Shown here: one piece after another, positions 9,575 through 20,905 of the stretch
How the letters are laid out: every line of letters starts with the position of its first letter
Position numbering within the stretch: the first letter of the stretch is position 1
Assembly: GCA_965242865.1 (NCBI GenBank)
Contig: CBDETK010000013.1
Coordinates: forward strand, 2,304,001 to 2,368,000
Direction of reading: 5' to 3'
From: Candidatus Latescibacterota bacterium
Lineage (GTDB): Bacteria > Latescibacterota > UBA2968 > UBA8231
Length of the DNA: 64,000 nt
The notes under the pieces: model-generated
The model's database searches: none
What the model saw: the letters and a program-made list of their open reading frames with translations, nothing else
Told to the model about the DNA's origin: nothing
Program-made: the position numbers and the translations under genes

Positions 9575-12500
9575 ATGTCCATGCGGCTATTCCTCCTCTT
9601 CTCGCTTTTGTCCGCGCCCTCTTTGGGGTTGGCCGCCGAGTTTGCCTGCGCGGCGTTGAAGGCGGCGGCGCAGCCGGTTGCCCAGACGCCGGAGCAGCTG
9701 AGCGCGTTGGTCATCTTCGCGCAGTTTGCCGACGAGAAGGCCAGCGACTCAGCCCCCGCATGGGCAAACGACCTGTTCGACGACGACCTACCCGGCAGCT
9801 TTGCCCATTTCTACCGCGAGATGTCGGCCGGCCAGCTCCACGTGGGAGGCCAAGTGTTGCCGCGACGCTATCGCTCTCGGGCGGCCGCCGAGGCCTATTT
9901 GGCCGAGGCCGCCGGGGCCTTGGGCCAGTTTGGCCGCTTCAATCTGGAAATTCTCGCGGCCGCCGACGCGGACATTGACTTGGGGCTCTTTGACAACGAT
10001 GGCCCCGACGGAGTGCCCAACTCCGGCGACGACGACGGGTACGTCGATATCGTCTTTATCAACCTGCACACCGCGCCCCGCGACTTTTTTCTCGGCGTGG
10101 CCACGGGCATCGCCAGTCTGGGGCTAGACGCCGATTACATCAGCGGCGACGCAGCGGCCGGCGGCGGCTTTGTGCGGGTGCGGAGTCGCTTCGCAGGTTT
10201 TGGCGGGACCACGCAGCGGGGCCACACCTTCAGCATCACGGCCTCGTCGATGTGCCACGAGTTCGCGCACGTGTTGGGCTTGCCCGATCTCTTCGATCAG
10301 ACCGCATTGACTGTGGCCGAGTTGGACCCGGAGGACGATTCGGCCGGCATTGGCAAGTGGGGGATCATGGGCCGGGGGACGCTCGGTTGGAATGCGGGCG
10401 ATGGCCCCAACGCATTTTCAGCTTGGTCGCTGGCGACCCTCGGTTGGGTGGAGGTGGTGGAAGTGCAAGGGAGCGTCGAGGGGCTGGCAATCGGGGAGAT
10501 CTTCAGCGACCGGAAGGCGTACAAAATTCCCCTGACCCAAGACGAGTATTTCCTGCTGGAGCACCGGCGGGCCGACGGCTCGTACTACAACCGCAATATC
10601 CCGCAAGACGGCCTGCTCATTTGGCACATAGACGAGCGGGCCGACAACGACGAGGAACGCCACAAACGGGTCGATTTAGTCTGCGCCGATGGGCTTTTTG
10701 CCGACCGGGGGTTTCCCAACGGCACCCCCGATGTAGTGGAAGGCCGCGACAATCTCGACTTTTGGGCGCGAGACTCCGCGTACTCTGCGGCGCACAACGG
10801 CAATGAAGGCGACGCGACCGACCCTTTTGACGGCGTGCGCTTCCGCCGCTTTGCTTGGGACACAAATCCAGCCCTCAGCGGGTACACGGGGTTTGCGCGG
10901 AATGTGCCGTTGGGCGTGGCCCTAGACAGCATCTGCCCGCACGGCACCGCGATGGTCGTCGACGTGGTCCGGTCGCCCCGCCCCGGCCACCTCGTCGGCG
11001 CTGCAACGTGGACGGGCCGAGTGGATTTAGACGGAGACGTGGTCGTGACGCCGGGCGCGACCCTGACCATTGACGCCGGGGCGGAGATCCGCTTTGCCCG
11101 CGGCGATGCACACGGCACGGGGTTTGATCCAGACCGCAGCGAGCTGATCGTCTATGGCGATCTCACCATCGGGCAGGGGGCTTCTTTTGCGTCGAGTGCA
11201 TCGCGCACCGGCCCGTTGGATTGGTCGGGCATTTACCTGCTCAACGGCCAAGCGGTCGATCCCTCGGCGCTGGCGGTCGAGCACGCCCATCGCGGGGTGG
11301 TTGATTTCCGCCTCCCGCCGGGGCGGACTCAGTGGTGGGGCGAGCGGGCCGTGCATGCGGATTTGCTGGTGCCGGCCGGGTCCGAACTGCACATTGGCCC
11401 GAGCACCGTGTCTTTTGCCCGCTTTGATCTCAGCCGGCGCGGCGCGTCCCCGGACTTCGCCGAGCTGATCGTGGAAGGCGCGTTGACGATTGAAGGGGGG
11501 GCCGGACAGCGGGCGCAGCTAACGACCGATCCCGGGCCAGACAACGACGGCTTGTGGTACGGCATTCGCGTACGGCCGGGGGCCCGAGTCAAAGTGCAGC
11601 ACGCCGAGCTAACGCGCACGGCTTTTGCCTTTGCCGGCGAGATTGACGAGGCGACGACCCTGCGCATCGCGGACTCCGCAGTGCGCGAAAGCGGCGGCAA
11701 TGGCCTGCGGCTGACGCTCAATGGCCGTGCCCAAGTAGATCGGAGCGAGTTTACCACCATTGCCGGCCCGGCCGTGCTCGTGGCCGGCCGCGGCCACCTC
11801 GCGTTGCGCAACACCACCATTGAGGGCAACGGCCAAGAGGGCATTCTGCTCAACAGCGCGTCCTTAGAGGCCATCCGCGTCGCCGTCATCGACAACGGGC
11901 GCCTCAACCCGGACGACCCCCGGGCTGGGGTGCGGGCCTTGGGCGGGCGCGGCCAACGCCTTGAGCTGTGGAAGTCGCAAATTGAGCAAAACACCGGGCA
12001 CGGCCTGGATTTGACGGCGTGGCTGGGGGAGGTGGAATTGCACGACAGCCGCCTCGTCGGCAACCAAGGCGATGGGTTGCGGGCCGAGGGCGCGGCGCGT
12101 TTGGCCTTGGCGCAGGTGCTCGTTGAGCGCAACTTGCGCGCCGGGGCCGAAATCGCCGGGTCGCTGGTGGAGATATGGAACTCGACGTTCCGGGCGCATA
12201 TTGACGCGGGCCTGCGCTTGGGGCCGGGGACGCACGGATTGATTGAGCAGGGCGCGTTTGTCGGGGGCCGAGGTTTGGAGCTAACCGGCGTGGAGTCGCT
12301 GGAGATTCGCGCCAGCGAGTTTGTCCGCGGGACGCCCGCGCTTCAATCCGTAGATGCTGCGCCGCATATCGTCGGCAACCGCTTTGCGGACAACCCCGTC
12401 GCCATCCGGGTCGAAGGCCCCCGGGTGCCAACGGCGATCCGCGACAACACCTTTGCCAACAACGCCACGGCCATTGAGAACCGGAGTGCCGACGCGCTAA

Positions 12501-12889
12501 ACGCCCAAGGCAACCACTGGAGCGCGGCCGACAGCGCGGCCATTGCCGCCCAGATTGAGGGCGCGGTCGCGTGGACGGGCGAGGGGGGGGCCAAGGCGGC
12601 GGTCCTGCCCGCCGACTTTGCGCTGCATCCGGCCTATCCCAACCCCTTCAACGCCGAGGTCGCGCTGTCGTTTGACCTGCCCCAAGCCGCGTCGGTCGCG
12701 CTGGTGCTCTACGATGCGTTGGGCCGGCCCGTGCGCCAGCTCGTGGATGGGCCGCTGGCGGCGGGCCGCTACCGATTCGGCTGGGACGGCCGCGACCAAC
12801 GCGGGACAGCCGTGGCTTCGGGGATTTACCTTTATCGCTTGGTGGCGGATTCGTTTGTCGCGGTGGGCCGCTTGGCCTTGGTGCGCTGA
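9575..12889 (+). CDS. M6-family (immune inhibitor A-like) metalloprotease with beta-helix repeats and FlgD/T9SS-like C-terminal domain
   Basis: Signal peptide; [12 protein letters not shown] zinc motif; [16 protein letters not shown]; EGNGQEG-type beta-helix repeats; YPNPFN...WDGRD...ASGIY. Start 9575 or 9581 (ORF open from 9518). Confidence 0.88.
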   Translation: MSMRLFLLFSLLSAPSLGLAAEFACAALKAAAQPVAQTPEQLSALVIFAQFADEKASDSAPAWANDLFDDDLPGSFAHFYREMSAGQLHVGGQVLPRRYRSRAAAEAYLAEAAGALGQFGRFNLEILAAADADIDLGLFDNDGPDGVPNSGDDDGYVDIVFINLHTAPRDFFLGVATGIASLGLDADYISGDAAAGGGFVRVRSRFAGFGGTTQRGHTFSITASSMCHEFAHVLGLPDLFDQTALTVAELDPEDDSAGIGKWGIMGRGTLGWNAGDGPNAFSAWSLATLGWVEVVEVQGSVEGLAIGEIFSDRKAYKIPLTQDEYFLLEHRRADGSYYNRNIPQDGLLIWHIDERADNDEERHKRVDLVCADGLFADRGFPNGTPDVVEGRDNLDFWARDSAYSAAHNGNEGDATDPFDGVRFRRFAWDTNPALSGYTGFARNVPLGVALDSICPHGTAMVVDVVRSPRPGHLVGAATWTGRVDLDGDVVVTPGATLTIDAGAEIRFARGDAHGTGFDPDRSELIVYGDLTIGQGASFASSASRTGPLDWSGIYLLNGQAVDPSALAVEHAHRGVVDFRLPPGRTQWWGERAVHADLLVPAGSELHIGPSTVSFARFDLSRRGASPDFAELIVEGALTIEGGAGQRAQLTTDPGPDNDGLWYGIRVRPGARVKVQHAELTRTAFAFAGEIDEATTLRIADSAVRESGGNGLRLTLNGRAQVDRSEFTTIAGPAVLVAGRGHLALRNTTIEGNGQEGILLNSASLEAIRVAVIDNGRLNPDDPRAGVRALGGRGQRLELWKSQIEQNTGHGLDLTAWLGEVELHDSRLVGNQGDGLRAEGAARLALAQVLVERNLRAGAEIAGSLVEIWNSTFRAHIDAGLRLGPGTHGLIEQGAFVGGRGLELTGVESLEIRASEFVRGTPALQSVDAAPHIVGNRFADNPVAIRVEGPRVPTAIRDNTFANNATAIENRSADALNAQGNHWSAADSAAIAAQIEGAVAWTGEGGAKAAVLPADFALHPAYPNPFNAEVALSFDLPQAASVALVLYDALGRPVRQLVDGPLAAGRYRFGWDGRDQRGTAVASGIYLYRLVADSFVAVGRLALVR

Positions 12890-13173
12890 TACGTTTGCCA
12901 AGCGGGCACGTGAGCCGTCAGCAAGGCTTTGAAGAGCTTGCCGTGGTTGGGTACGCGCAGGTGCAGCAACTCGTGGACAATGACGAAGTCTTGGAAGCCT
13001 AAGTCCTGATCGGCGAGGTCCGCGGCGAGGGTGACGACGCCAGCGGTCGAACACGAGCCCCACTTGCGCGTCATGCACTGCACACGCACCTGCCGGGGCT
13101 GGACGTTCAGCCGCCGCGCCCAAGATGCGACGCGCTCGCGCATTACTTGGCGTCGTTGGTCAGGCGTCCGCAT
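12832..13173 (-). CDS. YgjP/DUF45-like (M48-like) metallopeptidase-domain protein associated with type I RM
   Basis: KWGSCS and [13 protein letters not shown] motifs; overlaps the hsdR stop. Confidence 0.88.
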   Translation of the reverse strand: MRTPDQRRQVMRERVASWARRLNVQPRQVRVQCMTRKWGSCSTAGVVTLAADLADQDLGFQDFVIVHELLHLRVPNHGKLFKALLTAHVPAWQTYQRTKAKRPTATNESATKR

Positions 13174-16096
13174 CGGTGCTTACTCCCAAAATGCCGAGGA
13201 TGCGCTCTACGACGCGGGTCCGCTCGTCCTTTTGCAGGCGCAGTAGCGGAATATAGAGGGCCGTGCGCAGCCGCCGTTGCTCATCGGCGTTGACGGGCGC
13301 GTTGGGGAAGCGGTCGAGCAGCGTTTCCGCTCGTCGTGCCAACTCCAAGGTGTCGATGCCAGCGATGTCCAGCTTGGCGTCGTCCTTGAGTGCCCAATGG
13401 ACGGCGAATGCTCGCGGCGCTAGCCCGCTAGCTCGCTCGGCCCGGATGGCTGCATCCTTTTCCGCGGCGAGGTTCGCTAACCAGTCCATGGCTTCCTGCG
13501 CGGTTGTCGTGCGATTTTCCAGTTCCTTCAGGATGCTTTCGGCGCGTTGCTTTAAGGGCCGCAGCACGGCCTCTTTGTCTGGGTTGCTCTCGATTTCCTG
13601 CCGGAAGCCGCGCACGAGATTGAACACTTTGGCCGCGGCCAAGCCCGGCTCGCTTTGCAGCGTTTTAAGGGTGGATACGTCAAACGGCACGGTCTTGGTC
13701 AGCCGGCCGAGCCCTTCTTGAGTCGCATTCTCTTGTACCAGAAGCCGCGTTTTATTAGCCAAGTCTGCCGTGTAGTTGGTGCCGCGGGTATAGGCGTTGC
13801 GGACGGCCGCGTAGAGTCGCGCCAGCCGCCTGAAGGTGTCGATGCGGTCGCGCAATGCTGGCGAAGGCGACAAGATCTCCCACAGGGCCTCGATCTCCTT
13901 GTAGGCTGCAAAGAACGCCTTGCGCGACTCGAGTGCTAGAAAACGCCCATAGACGAGCTGCTCCAGTTGTTCATCCGCGCCACCGCTTTCCCCATCGGCG
14001 AGGTAAGTAGCTGCCGCTCGCCCGAGCTTGTCAAGCAAATCGCTCAGCAGGAGATCGAGGTCCTCCAAGGCACCGCTGACATCGGATGCGTCGAACTGCA
14101 ACGCCTTTTTTAATTCGCGCAGGACGCCGACAAAATCGACGACGAGGCCGATCCGTTTTTGGCGGCCGCAAGGGCGGTTCACGCGCGCGATGGCTTGGAG
14201 GAGCACGTGGTCGCGCATGGGCTTGTCGAGATACAAGCAGTAGAGGAGCGGCGCGTCGTAGCCTGTGAGCAGTTTGTCGGTGACGATGAGGATCTGGGGA
14301 TTTGCATCCGCTTTCTTGAACATCAGGCGGGTATCGGCCTCGCGGTCTGGCGAAAGCTGGTACTGCGCAACGAGCGGGCGGTTGACGCTGTCGGCGGCGT
14401 TCTCGGTGTAGACCGGCGTAGTCCATTCGGGAGGCAGCAACTCGTCGAGTGCCTGCTTGTACTGGGCACAGGCTTCGCGGTTCACGCCGACGAGGAACGC
14501 CTTGTAATGGAGCGGTGCCACGTTGTCGCGGAAATGCTGGGCGACGAACGCGGCAACTTTTTTGATGCGGTCGGCGGCGGTGAGGAAGGTGCGCAGGCCG
14601 ATGGCTCGATCGAGGACCTTGTTGAGCTCATCCACATCGGCGACTCCCTCTGTCTCGGCGAGGGCGAAGAACTCTTGGTCGAGCCGCTCTGCCGGCACCA
14701 TCATCTCGCTGGGGGCCATAGTGTGGCAGATCGGCAGCGTTGTTTCGTCCGCAATCGACTCGGCGATGGAGTACTTGTCGAGGTAGCCCAACTCGTCACC
14801 GGCCCCGAATATCTTGAAGGTGCCTTCTCCGTACGCAGTTTGGTCAATGGGGGTGCCGGTGAAGCCGATGATCGTTGCATTGGGCACGGCCGCCATTAGA
14901 TAGGTGCCCAATTCCTTGGCGACCGAGCGGTGCGCCTCGTCGATGAACACGTACACATTGTTGCGCGTATTGGCCTGCTGCTCTAGCCCCTCAAACTTGT
15001 GGATCATGGACAAGATCAGGCCGCGCTTGTCGGTTTTGAGCATATCCCGCAACTCGGCCTTGGAGTTGGCACGCCATACCGCGATGTCCTGCTGCTGCAT
15101 CTCCCCGAGCAGCCGCTCGACCCAGCCCTTGAGTTGCCCTTCGAGTTCCGTCCGGTCCACGACCACTAGGACCGTCGGCGTCTGGAATTCATCCTTGCGT
15201 TCCAAAATCAGCCGTGCGGCCGTGAGCAGAGTGAAGGTCTTGCCGGAGCCTTGGGTGTGCCATATAAGTCCGCGCTGTTTTGCCGGCTCGGCACAGCGCT
15301 CGACGATGCGGTCCACAGCCCGGCGTTGGTGCTGGCGCAGCACGGACTTTTGCGTCTCGCCGTCCTCGACGTAAAACAGAATCCAGTCGCGCAGGGTGCG
15401 CAGGAAATCGGTCGGCTCAAAGAACGATTGGACGGCGAAGCGGTAGCTTTCCTGTGGCTGTTCCTTCCACCGCGCCATGGACCGGCGCACTACGTTCCAA
15501 GTGACGCCATACCAATAGTCGAGGAGGTGTGTAACGTTGAAGAGCTGCGCCGTTCCCATCAGTTCCGGCGTCTCCTGCTCGTAGCGTCGCAACTGGGTGA
15601 CGCCCCGCTCAATGGCGTCGGCGTCCTTTGGGTTCTTATGCTCGACAATGGCGACCGGCACGCCGTTGACCACAAACATCACGTCCGCCCGATTGCCCTT
15701 GCGCGCCGGTGGCTTGAGCTTCCATTCCCAAGTGACGTGGAAGGTGTTGTTGCTCGGTGCATCAAAATCGACGAGTTGGACTGGTCTGGATCGATTTTCG
15801 GCTTCGTCGTACCACGGCCGTTCCCCGCGCAGCCAAGCGAGCATTTCGCGGTTGCCCTCAATCGTCGGCGCGATCGCTTCGAGTCGTTCGACGACGGCGC
15901 GGATGGAATCGTCTGTCATCCAAGGGTTGAACCGCCCGAGTGCGCCTTCAAGCTCATCGCGGAATAGCAGCCCGGCCTCGCCGCCGCGTTTGTGGAGGGC
16001 GTCTTGTGGTGCCAGTGGCTTCCAGCCGATCTCGGCCGCGTGGCGGACCATGGGGAACTGGACGGTGGTGGCTTCGGTGATGTTGAAGGGGGTCAC
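13160..16096 (-). CDS. hsdR: Type I restriction endonuclease subunit R
   Basis: Nuclease motif RADV...VEHK; Walker A TQGSGKT; DEAH; FTGTP; LLTGYDAP; [11 protein letters not shown] start at 16096 has a GGAG RBS (ORF open to 16117). Confidence 0.95.
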   Translation of the reverse strand: MTPFNITEATTVQFPMVRHAAEIGWKPLAPQDALHKRGGEAGLLFRDELEGALGRFNPWMTDDSIRAVVERLEAIAPTIEGNREMLAWLRGERPWYDEAENRSRPVQLVDFDAPSNNTFHVTWEWKLKPPARKGNRADVMFVVNGVPVAIVEHKNPKDADAIERGVTQLRRYEQETPELMGTAQLFNVTHLLDYWYGVTWNVVRRSMARWKEQPQESYRFAVQSFFEPTDFLRTLRDWILFYVEDGETQKSVLRQHQRRAVDRIVERCAEPAKQRGLIWHTQGSGKTFTLLTAARLILERKDEFQTPTVLVVVDRTELEGQLKGWVERLLGEMQQQDIAVWRANSKAELRDMLKTDKRGLILSMIHKFEGLEQQANTRNNVYVFIDEAHRSVAKELGTYLMAAVPNATIIGFTGTPIDQTAYGEGTFKIFGAGDELGYLDKYSIAESIADETTLPICHTMAPSEMMVPAERLDQEFFALAETEGVADVDELNKVLDRAIGLRTFLTAADRIKKVAAFVAQHFRDNVAPLHYKAFLVGVNREACAQYKQALDELLPPEWTTPVYTENAADSVNRPLVAQYQLSPDREADTRLMFKKADANPQILIVTDKLLTGYDAPLLYCLYLDKPMRDHVLLQAIARVNRPCGRQKRIGLVVDFVGVLRELKKALQFDASDVSGALEDLDLLLSDLLDKLGRAAATYLADGESGGADEQLEQLVYGRFLALESRKAFFAAYKEIEALWEILSPSPALRDRIDTFRRLARLYAAVRNAYTRGTNYTADLANKTRLLVQENATQEGLGRLTKTVPFDVSTLKTLQSEPGLAAAKVFNLVRGFRQEIESNPDKEAVLRPLKQRAESILKELENRTTTAQEAMDWLANLAAEKDAAIRAERASGLAPRAFAVHWALKDDAKLDIAGIDTLELARRAETLLDRFPNAPVNADEQRRLRTALYIPLLRLQKDERTRVVERILGILGVSTDADA

Positions 16097-16168
16097 AAAC
16101 GGCTCTCCAGTTGCCAAGCTCCTCGATTAGCTACATTTTTCGCTAACTTCATTCTCAAGGAATTGGCG

Positions 16169-16402
16169 ATGGTAACAGTGAATGTCCATGAGGCGAAGAC
16201 CAACCTGTCGCGCTTGCTTGCCAAAGTTGAGGCCGGGGAGGAGGTCGTCATTGTCCGCAGCGGTACGCCGGTGGCCCAGCTCGTGCGCGTCCAAAAGCAG
16301 GGCAAGCGGCAATTCGGCTCCATGAAGGGCCAGATAAAACTCGACGACCGCTTCTTTGACCCGCTGCCAGAAGAGGAATTGGCCGCTTGGGAGGGCAATT
16401 GA
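16169..16402 (+). CDS. Phd/YefM-family antitoxin
   Basis: MVTVNVHEAKTNLSRLLAKVEAGEEVVI...PVAQL; AAGGA RBS. Confidence 0.92.
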   Translation: MVTVNVHEAKTNLSRLLAKVEAGEEVVIVRSGTPVAQLVRVQKQGKRQFGSMKGQIKLDDRFFDPLPEEELAAWEGN

Positions 16403-16562
16403 GCGTTGCGCCTTAGAGCACGCGGTGCGCGCTGGATCCTTGCCGGGTCCGCACCGAGACCCTTTCGACCGAATGCTCATCGCCCAAGCATTGTCCGGCA
16501 ATTTGGTCCTCGTTTCCATTGAATCGCTCTTCGATAGGTATGGTGTTCGCCGCCTTTGGTGA
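16399..16562 (+). pseudogene. vapC: VapC (PIN) toxin remnant, N-terminal part deleted
   Basis: Only the C-terminal HRDPFDRMLIAQA...YGVRRLW remains; the TTG start overlapping the antitoxin stop is out of frame and the LLLDTH N-terminus is absent. Confidence 0.85.
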
Positions 16563-16678
16563 TCTTGGCCAGATCGGATCACTGTACACTTTTGGATAGG
16601 CTAGCCTGACGAGAATGAGACATAATAGCATCCCTATAAGACCCCCTTAAAACTCTCTTTAAAGTCCTGACTTGGCTG

Positions 16679-17899
16679 TCATAGCTTTTCAAATATGACG
16701 ATACTCTCTCGGGCTGCTGTGCGCCCGTACTTTCCCATCTGCTGTGCACTATTTCCACGCCAACGCACTGCTCGTATTTCCTTGCAGGTGAGACCAGCCT
16801 GTTCCCCGATTTCTGCCGTAAATTCGTCAACAAGAATAGCCGTGCCATCGTATTGTGTATTCCCTACGACGAACCCAGCCTTCGCACCTTTGCGACAAAC
16901 ACGGGCAACTTCGCAAAGACACAGATACATATCTAGAAAATATCCGTCCAACATGCGCTGCATACGCTTGTCACTTAGACTGCGGATACTACTATCCAAA
17001 GCCTCCGGGGGCTTATATTCTTTAGCCAACGGTCGACTCGGACGAGCTTCCGGGTGGGAATGGAACGTCTGATATCTAAGTGCTCGATTTGCTTCCCAGT
17101 TATGGAAGGCGAACATCAATTCAACGCCAAAGATGCGTGTATAGTCGTGACGATTCGGATACGGTGGAGAAGTAATCACGGCTGAGTACACTGCATCAGG
17201 TGTCGGCATGGCACGCGCATCCGCTATACGAGCTTCCCAATATCTATCGCTATCGCCTTCGGACTCTGTGACACAAACGTCCGACAACATCATTTCAATC
17301 TGCTTCTGAAAAAAAATCGTAACACTATCGGCACTAGCACCTTGGTTCAACCACCTCAACCAACCTCCATTTGCGACTGCATAGCTAAAACGCGGTATGA
17401 TAGAAAGCAGTGCTAATCGAAAGAAGTCCCGTTCCGAAGACGAACAATCAATGTTCTCAATGCCCACCGCGACTGCATTTAGTGCCTCAAGCCGTCCCTC
17501 CGGGAGTGCCTTGTGAACCAGTTCTGGATATACACGGTCCATGGGCGGCGTGCTATCGTGAATCAATGTACGTTCGAGTATTTGCCATGCTGCTTCCAAC
17601 CGTTGTCTGGAGAAAGTAGCGGTCTTGGTATTGGATGCGAGAACAGCAAGAGGGGAGAGATCAAAGCCGTTACCCGGAACACCCATTTCTTTAGCGGCCA
17701 ATAGCGTTGTACCTGCACCTACGAAGGGGTCAAGGATCTTGTCTTGGTCGTTAAGGTCCCATTCATCTATCAATGCGTGGACGAGATCGTCAGCAAAGCT
17801 GTGAGGAAATAGATACCAACGGTGGACTGCCTTTTCTCTAACACCCCTCGGTGTTACCCAGTGTTTCCATGCACTCCATTCAGTAACTTGCCACTTCAT
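16679..17899 (-). CDS. DNA amino-methyltransferase (alpha-type motif order, SPPY; probably m4C)
   Basis: Motif I ILDPFVGAGTT near the N-terminus; motif IV ITSPPY; FVVGN; RESIVIF end. Confidence 0.9.
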   Translation of the reverse strand: MKWQVTEWSAWKHWVTPRGVREKAVHRWYLFPHSFADDLVHALIDEWDLNDQDKILDPFVGAGTTLLAAKEMGVPGNGFDLSPLAVLASNTKTATFSRQRLEAAWQILERTLIHDSTPPMDRVYPELVHKALPEGRLEALNAVAVGIENIDCSSSERDFFRLALLSIIPRFSYAVANGGWLRWLNQGASADSVTIFFQKQIEMMLSDVCVTESEGDSDRYWEARIADARAMPTPDAVYSAVITSPPYPNRHDYTRIFGVELMFAFHNWEANRALRYQTFHSHPEARPSRPLAKEYKPPEALDSSIRSLSDKRMQRMLDGYFLDMYLCLCEVARVCRKGAKAGFVVGNTQYDGTAILVDEFTAEIGEQAGLTCKEIRAVRWRGNSAQQMGKYGRTAARESIVIFEKL

Positions 17900-17914
17900 G
17901 ATGAACTATCAGCT

Positions 17915-18679
17915 CTAGGACACATGCAATTGCGGCTTAATCGAACCTCTGTCAGTGACCGTGTGAGCACTCGGCAACTCAACATCATCGGCATTTCCAA
18001 GTATAATCCGTCCGACGATCTCTCGGAGTTGCTGCTTAATTCCTTCATAGTGAGGTTCACCACGGATATGGTTTATGGTATTCTTAAAGTATTCGTCCGA
18101 AGTCAAAATGTAATCCGCCTGAACTACTAATGCATTCGCACAAATAATACTATCCATGGCATCCATATAAACCAGCCCGTTGATATCCTTTGCCAACTCT
18201 AGTACATCGCTCGCTTGGTCGCTTCGGCTCGTCTTGACAGCGATACCAAGCTTTCCTAACACGGAGGTTAGCCCGTCAATTCTATCCTTGATAGCCGCCA
18301 AGTCGGTGGGGCCGACTCGATCACGAATCTCTTTTTCCCTAAAGCGCGACCAAGTTCTATCTGACACTCCTTCTTTAGCCGCACTCAGAATTGCTTTTCC
18401 TTTTGCTCTTCCAGTGAGTAATTCAAGCTCTGAAATGGGTGCATATTGGACTTGTACATCCTGCTTCAAAAGGAAATCGATAGTTTCTAGACCCTTTTTA
18501 AGACTTTTTTGTAGATTGGCTTCAGAAAGGTTGTTTACCTTCGCTATCGCTGCCTCCTTTGTTTTGAGGTCTTGAGGATATAGATCATCCTTCTTGGCGT
18601 ATTCTAGGTAAATTTCGATGTAATGTAGTGTATTTGTGTCTAGAAACGCTACTTTCCGAAAGAATTGCGTCTTTTTCAT
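17915..18679 (-). CDS. PIN-domain-like protein
   Basis: AFLDTNTL, SELE, MDSII and ILTSD supply the four acidic PIN positions; ATGA overlap with the ATPase. Confidence 0.7.
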   Translation of the reverse strand: MKKTQFFRKVAFLDTNTLHYIEIYLEYAKKDDLYPQDLKTKEAAIAKVNNLSEANLQKSLKKGLETIDFLLKQDVQVQYAPISELELLTGRAKGKAILSAAKEGVSDRTWSRFREKEIRDRVGPTDLAAIKDRIDGLTSVLGKLGIAVKTSRSDQASDVLELAKDINGLVYMDAMDSIICANALVVQADYILTSDEYFKNTINHIRGEPHYEGIKQQLREIVGRIILGNADDVELPSAHTVTDRGSIKPQLHVS

Positions 18680-19860
18680 AGCTTTGTATTCTCACTGATA
18701 GTCGAGTTGGGATAAAGTTCCTCTTCGATTTTGTGAAGATAATTCTCGGTAAATGGTAGCTGCACGTCAGAATCCGCTTTTGCAATCGCTCGGAAACATG
18801 TCTTTACGAGCCGTCTAGGATTCGAGTACGTGTTGGGACGGAAGACAATATCATCAGGAAACGGGAAAAGGTCTCCCATTGATTCGTCCTGTTCTCCTGA
18901 CCTAGCAGCAGCTATCCGTGACCTCATTAAGGCTAACGCTTCCTCACTCGCTAGAGACTCGATATCTAATATTTGGTCAGAAATGCGCTCAATTAACGAG
19001 GGCTCAAGCTCCTTGGTCGTCTCATAAGCATCGGGGGTCATCGACAAGACGATCCAGAAGTCAACCTGCTCGCTTTGAGCGAGGTTAATCAAACGTTTCA
19101 GTGTCGCCAAGTAATCGTGTGCCGCCCGTTTAGTAAGCCGCTTCTGAAGACCTATTTCCTCGAATTCGTCTATAAGAAACGCAATGGCTTTAGCACTCGT
19201 CCCTTGTGAGATCGTTTTCAGTATTGCGCGAAAGTAAGGTGCTTCCTCGCCTTCCGGGACCATGCTGCCCGTCTGTCGGGGTATGAAATCCCGATATTCA
19301 AAATATGGTTTCTTTACGATCTCAGTAACGATTCTGGTGAGACAGTTTGCGATTTGTTCGTCGGTCGTGACATCCGCATTTATAATGGCCTCTTGGAGGT
19401 GGCTTGTCATATCCTGTTGTCGCCTCTGACGGAACGAACGAAACAAGTACTCCTCATAACCTTCTTGAAAAAGGTTTCCCTGATATGAATTAGACACATG
19501 TGAGCTAGCAAGCTCCCAGATGAATTTGGCAAAATCCTTACGGCCGACAGTGCGCAACAATGTATTAGCAAGATCATAAAATTGCACTCCTGGGTTATCA
19601 AAATAGAACGACTTGATTTGGCGGTTTGGAAAGATCTCGCTATGAAGCCATTGCAGGAGGCAGGTCTTTCCGGTACCGTACTCGCCGACGATGACGATGG
19701 CCTTTACTCCTTGGCCCATCTGATGGACATCGAGAAGTCCCATCGTATCTTCGCCTAGTTTATTCGGAGGAGCCAGCGTACCCAAGAGAGGTGCGCCTGT
19801 CGCAGAAGGCTCGAAAGGATTGGAATCAAGCCGGAGTTTTTGCAGGATGTTGGGTATCAT
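18676..19860 (-). CDS. P-loop (AAA-type) ATPase of unknown family
   Basis: Walker A GEYGTGKT; Walker B FLIDEFEE; N-terminal LxLxxNPF; NPRRL sensor-like motif. Confidence 0.85.
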   Translation of the reverse strand: MIPNILQKLRLDSNPFEPSATGAPLLGTLAPPNKLGEDTMGLLDVHQMGQGVKAIVIVGEYGTGKTCLLQWLHSEIFPNRQIKSFYFDNPGVQFYDLANTLLRTVGRKDFAKFIWELASSHVSNSYQGNLFQEGYEEYLFRSFRQRRQQDMTSHLQEAIINADVTTDEQIANCLTRIVTEIVKKPYFEYRDFIPRQTGSMVPEGEEAPYFRAILKTISQGTSAKAIAFLIDEFEEIGLQKRLTKRAAHDYLATLKRLINLAQSEQVDFWIVLSMTPDAYETTKELEPSLIERISDQILDIESLASEEALALMRSRIAAARSGEQDESMGDLFPFPDDIVFRPNTYSNPRRLVKTCFRAIAKADSDVQLPFTENYLHKIEEELYPNSTISENTKL

Positions 19861-20905
19861 AATCTGTGAACTCCATAGGTTTGAGAGTTATGTCTCTGTG
19901 TATGCGAATATGGGAAATATAGGGACCATTTGAAGCCTTATAATATCTTTTCAGCTCTAGATTTTCCCTTAGCGGAGATGTCGTCGTCAGCGTCGCGAGG
20001 GCACGAGAAGTGGGAATCAGGAAGATGTGATGGGGCCACTCGTGAATTAGCCAGTCGATCGCACTATAGAGCACACGGATCGGTTGTCTTTGTTCTTCGC
20101 AGCAACATGCGATGAGATCAAAAACAGAGAATGACGTCCATTCACCGGGCGTACGTAGTGAAAGAATGAAGCGTATAGTCTGAAGTACAGCGGTATCGAT
20201 TCCTTTCTCGGATAAGTTAGTCTGCAACACGGGAAACATGATCGTACTACCGCCAGATCGTTGACAGTATTCATCAATGAGCCCTAACTCATCACGCGCC
20301 CAGTAGCGTACACCATATAAAATCGCAGCCACGCTTGCGTGGGACGTAAGCCACGCTGTACGTCCCGTTATGCTATTTTGAAAAATGACCTCTCTCGTGT
20401 GAGAGGAACGGGGTCGGAACCACTTAACGGGAACACCGTTTTGCCGGAAACTGGAAACTGAATCGAAACTTGCGTCCGAGGACATAAAAAGATCAAAAAA
20501 AAGTGATCTGCATTGTTCGTTTTTCAAAACTAGTGCTGCAAAAGGGGCTTTCGCGGCATCACATAGCACCTGATCTCCGTTGGCTGGGATCGGCTGACGT
20601 AGCAGTTTGCAGACAATAGGATCATCATAGTTGACACGCAATATCCGTCCATCTCTTTGGAGTACGCCTAAGTGAATCAAGGTATTCCGATAGTGGTAAA
20701 GAGTGGTAGGTGCAGGAGGTGAACTACGCCGATTAATCGGGATGTTATTCTCCTGAACCAACTTATTGATCTCACTAGCCATTAGCCCGTTCGGAAAGTC
20801 TGCTACGGCTTTCAAGATACGATGTAGTCCAGCAAACGAGATGGTATGCATCCAGTATTCGCTCTGTCTCACGGGATATGGATGTTTATTGACCATTGTT
20901 TTCAT
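19826..20905 (-). CDS. Hypothetical protein, probable multi-winged-helix DNA-binding protein
   Basis: 359-aa ORF overlapping both hsdS and the ATPase; GLMASEI...TLYHYRNTLIHLGVLQRDG and YWARDELGLID resemble wHTH recognition helices. Confidence 0.7.
   Translation of the reverse strand: MKTMVNKHPYPVRQSEYWMHTISFAGLHRILKAVADFPNGLMASEINKLVQENNIPINRRSSPPAPTTLYHYRNTLIHLGVLQRDGRILRVNYDDPIVCKLLRQPIPANGDQVLCDAAKAPFAALVLKNEQCRSLFFDLFMSSDASFDSVSSFRQNGVPVKWFRPRSSHTREVIFQNSITGRTAWLTSHASVAAILYGVRYWARDELGLIDEYCQRSGGSTIMFPVLQTNLSEKGIDTAVLQTIRFILSLRTPGEWTSFSVFDLIACCCEEQRQPIRVLYSAIDWLIHEWPHHIFLIPTSRALATLTTTSPLRENLELKRYYKASNGPYISHIRIHRDITLKPMEFTDYDTQHPAKTPA

Noticed and set aside
16679-20905. Assignment of the cassette to BREX, DISARM, Ssp/Dnd or a simple type II RM system
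   Set aside because: No PglZ, BrxL, helicases, PLD, PAPS reductase or recognisable type II endonuclease; a divergent nuclease cannot be excluded without profile searches.
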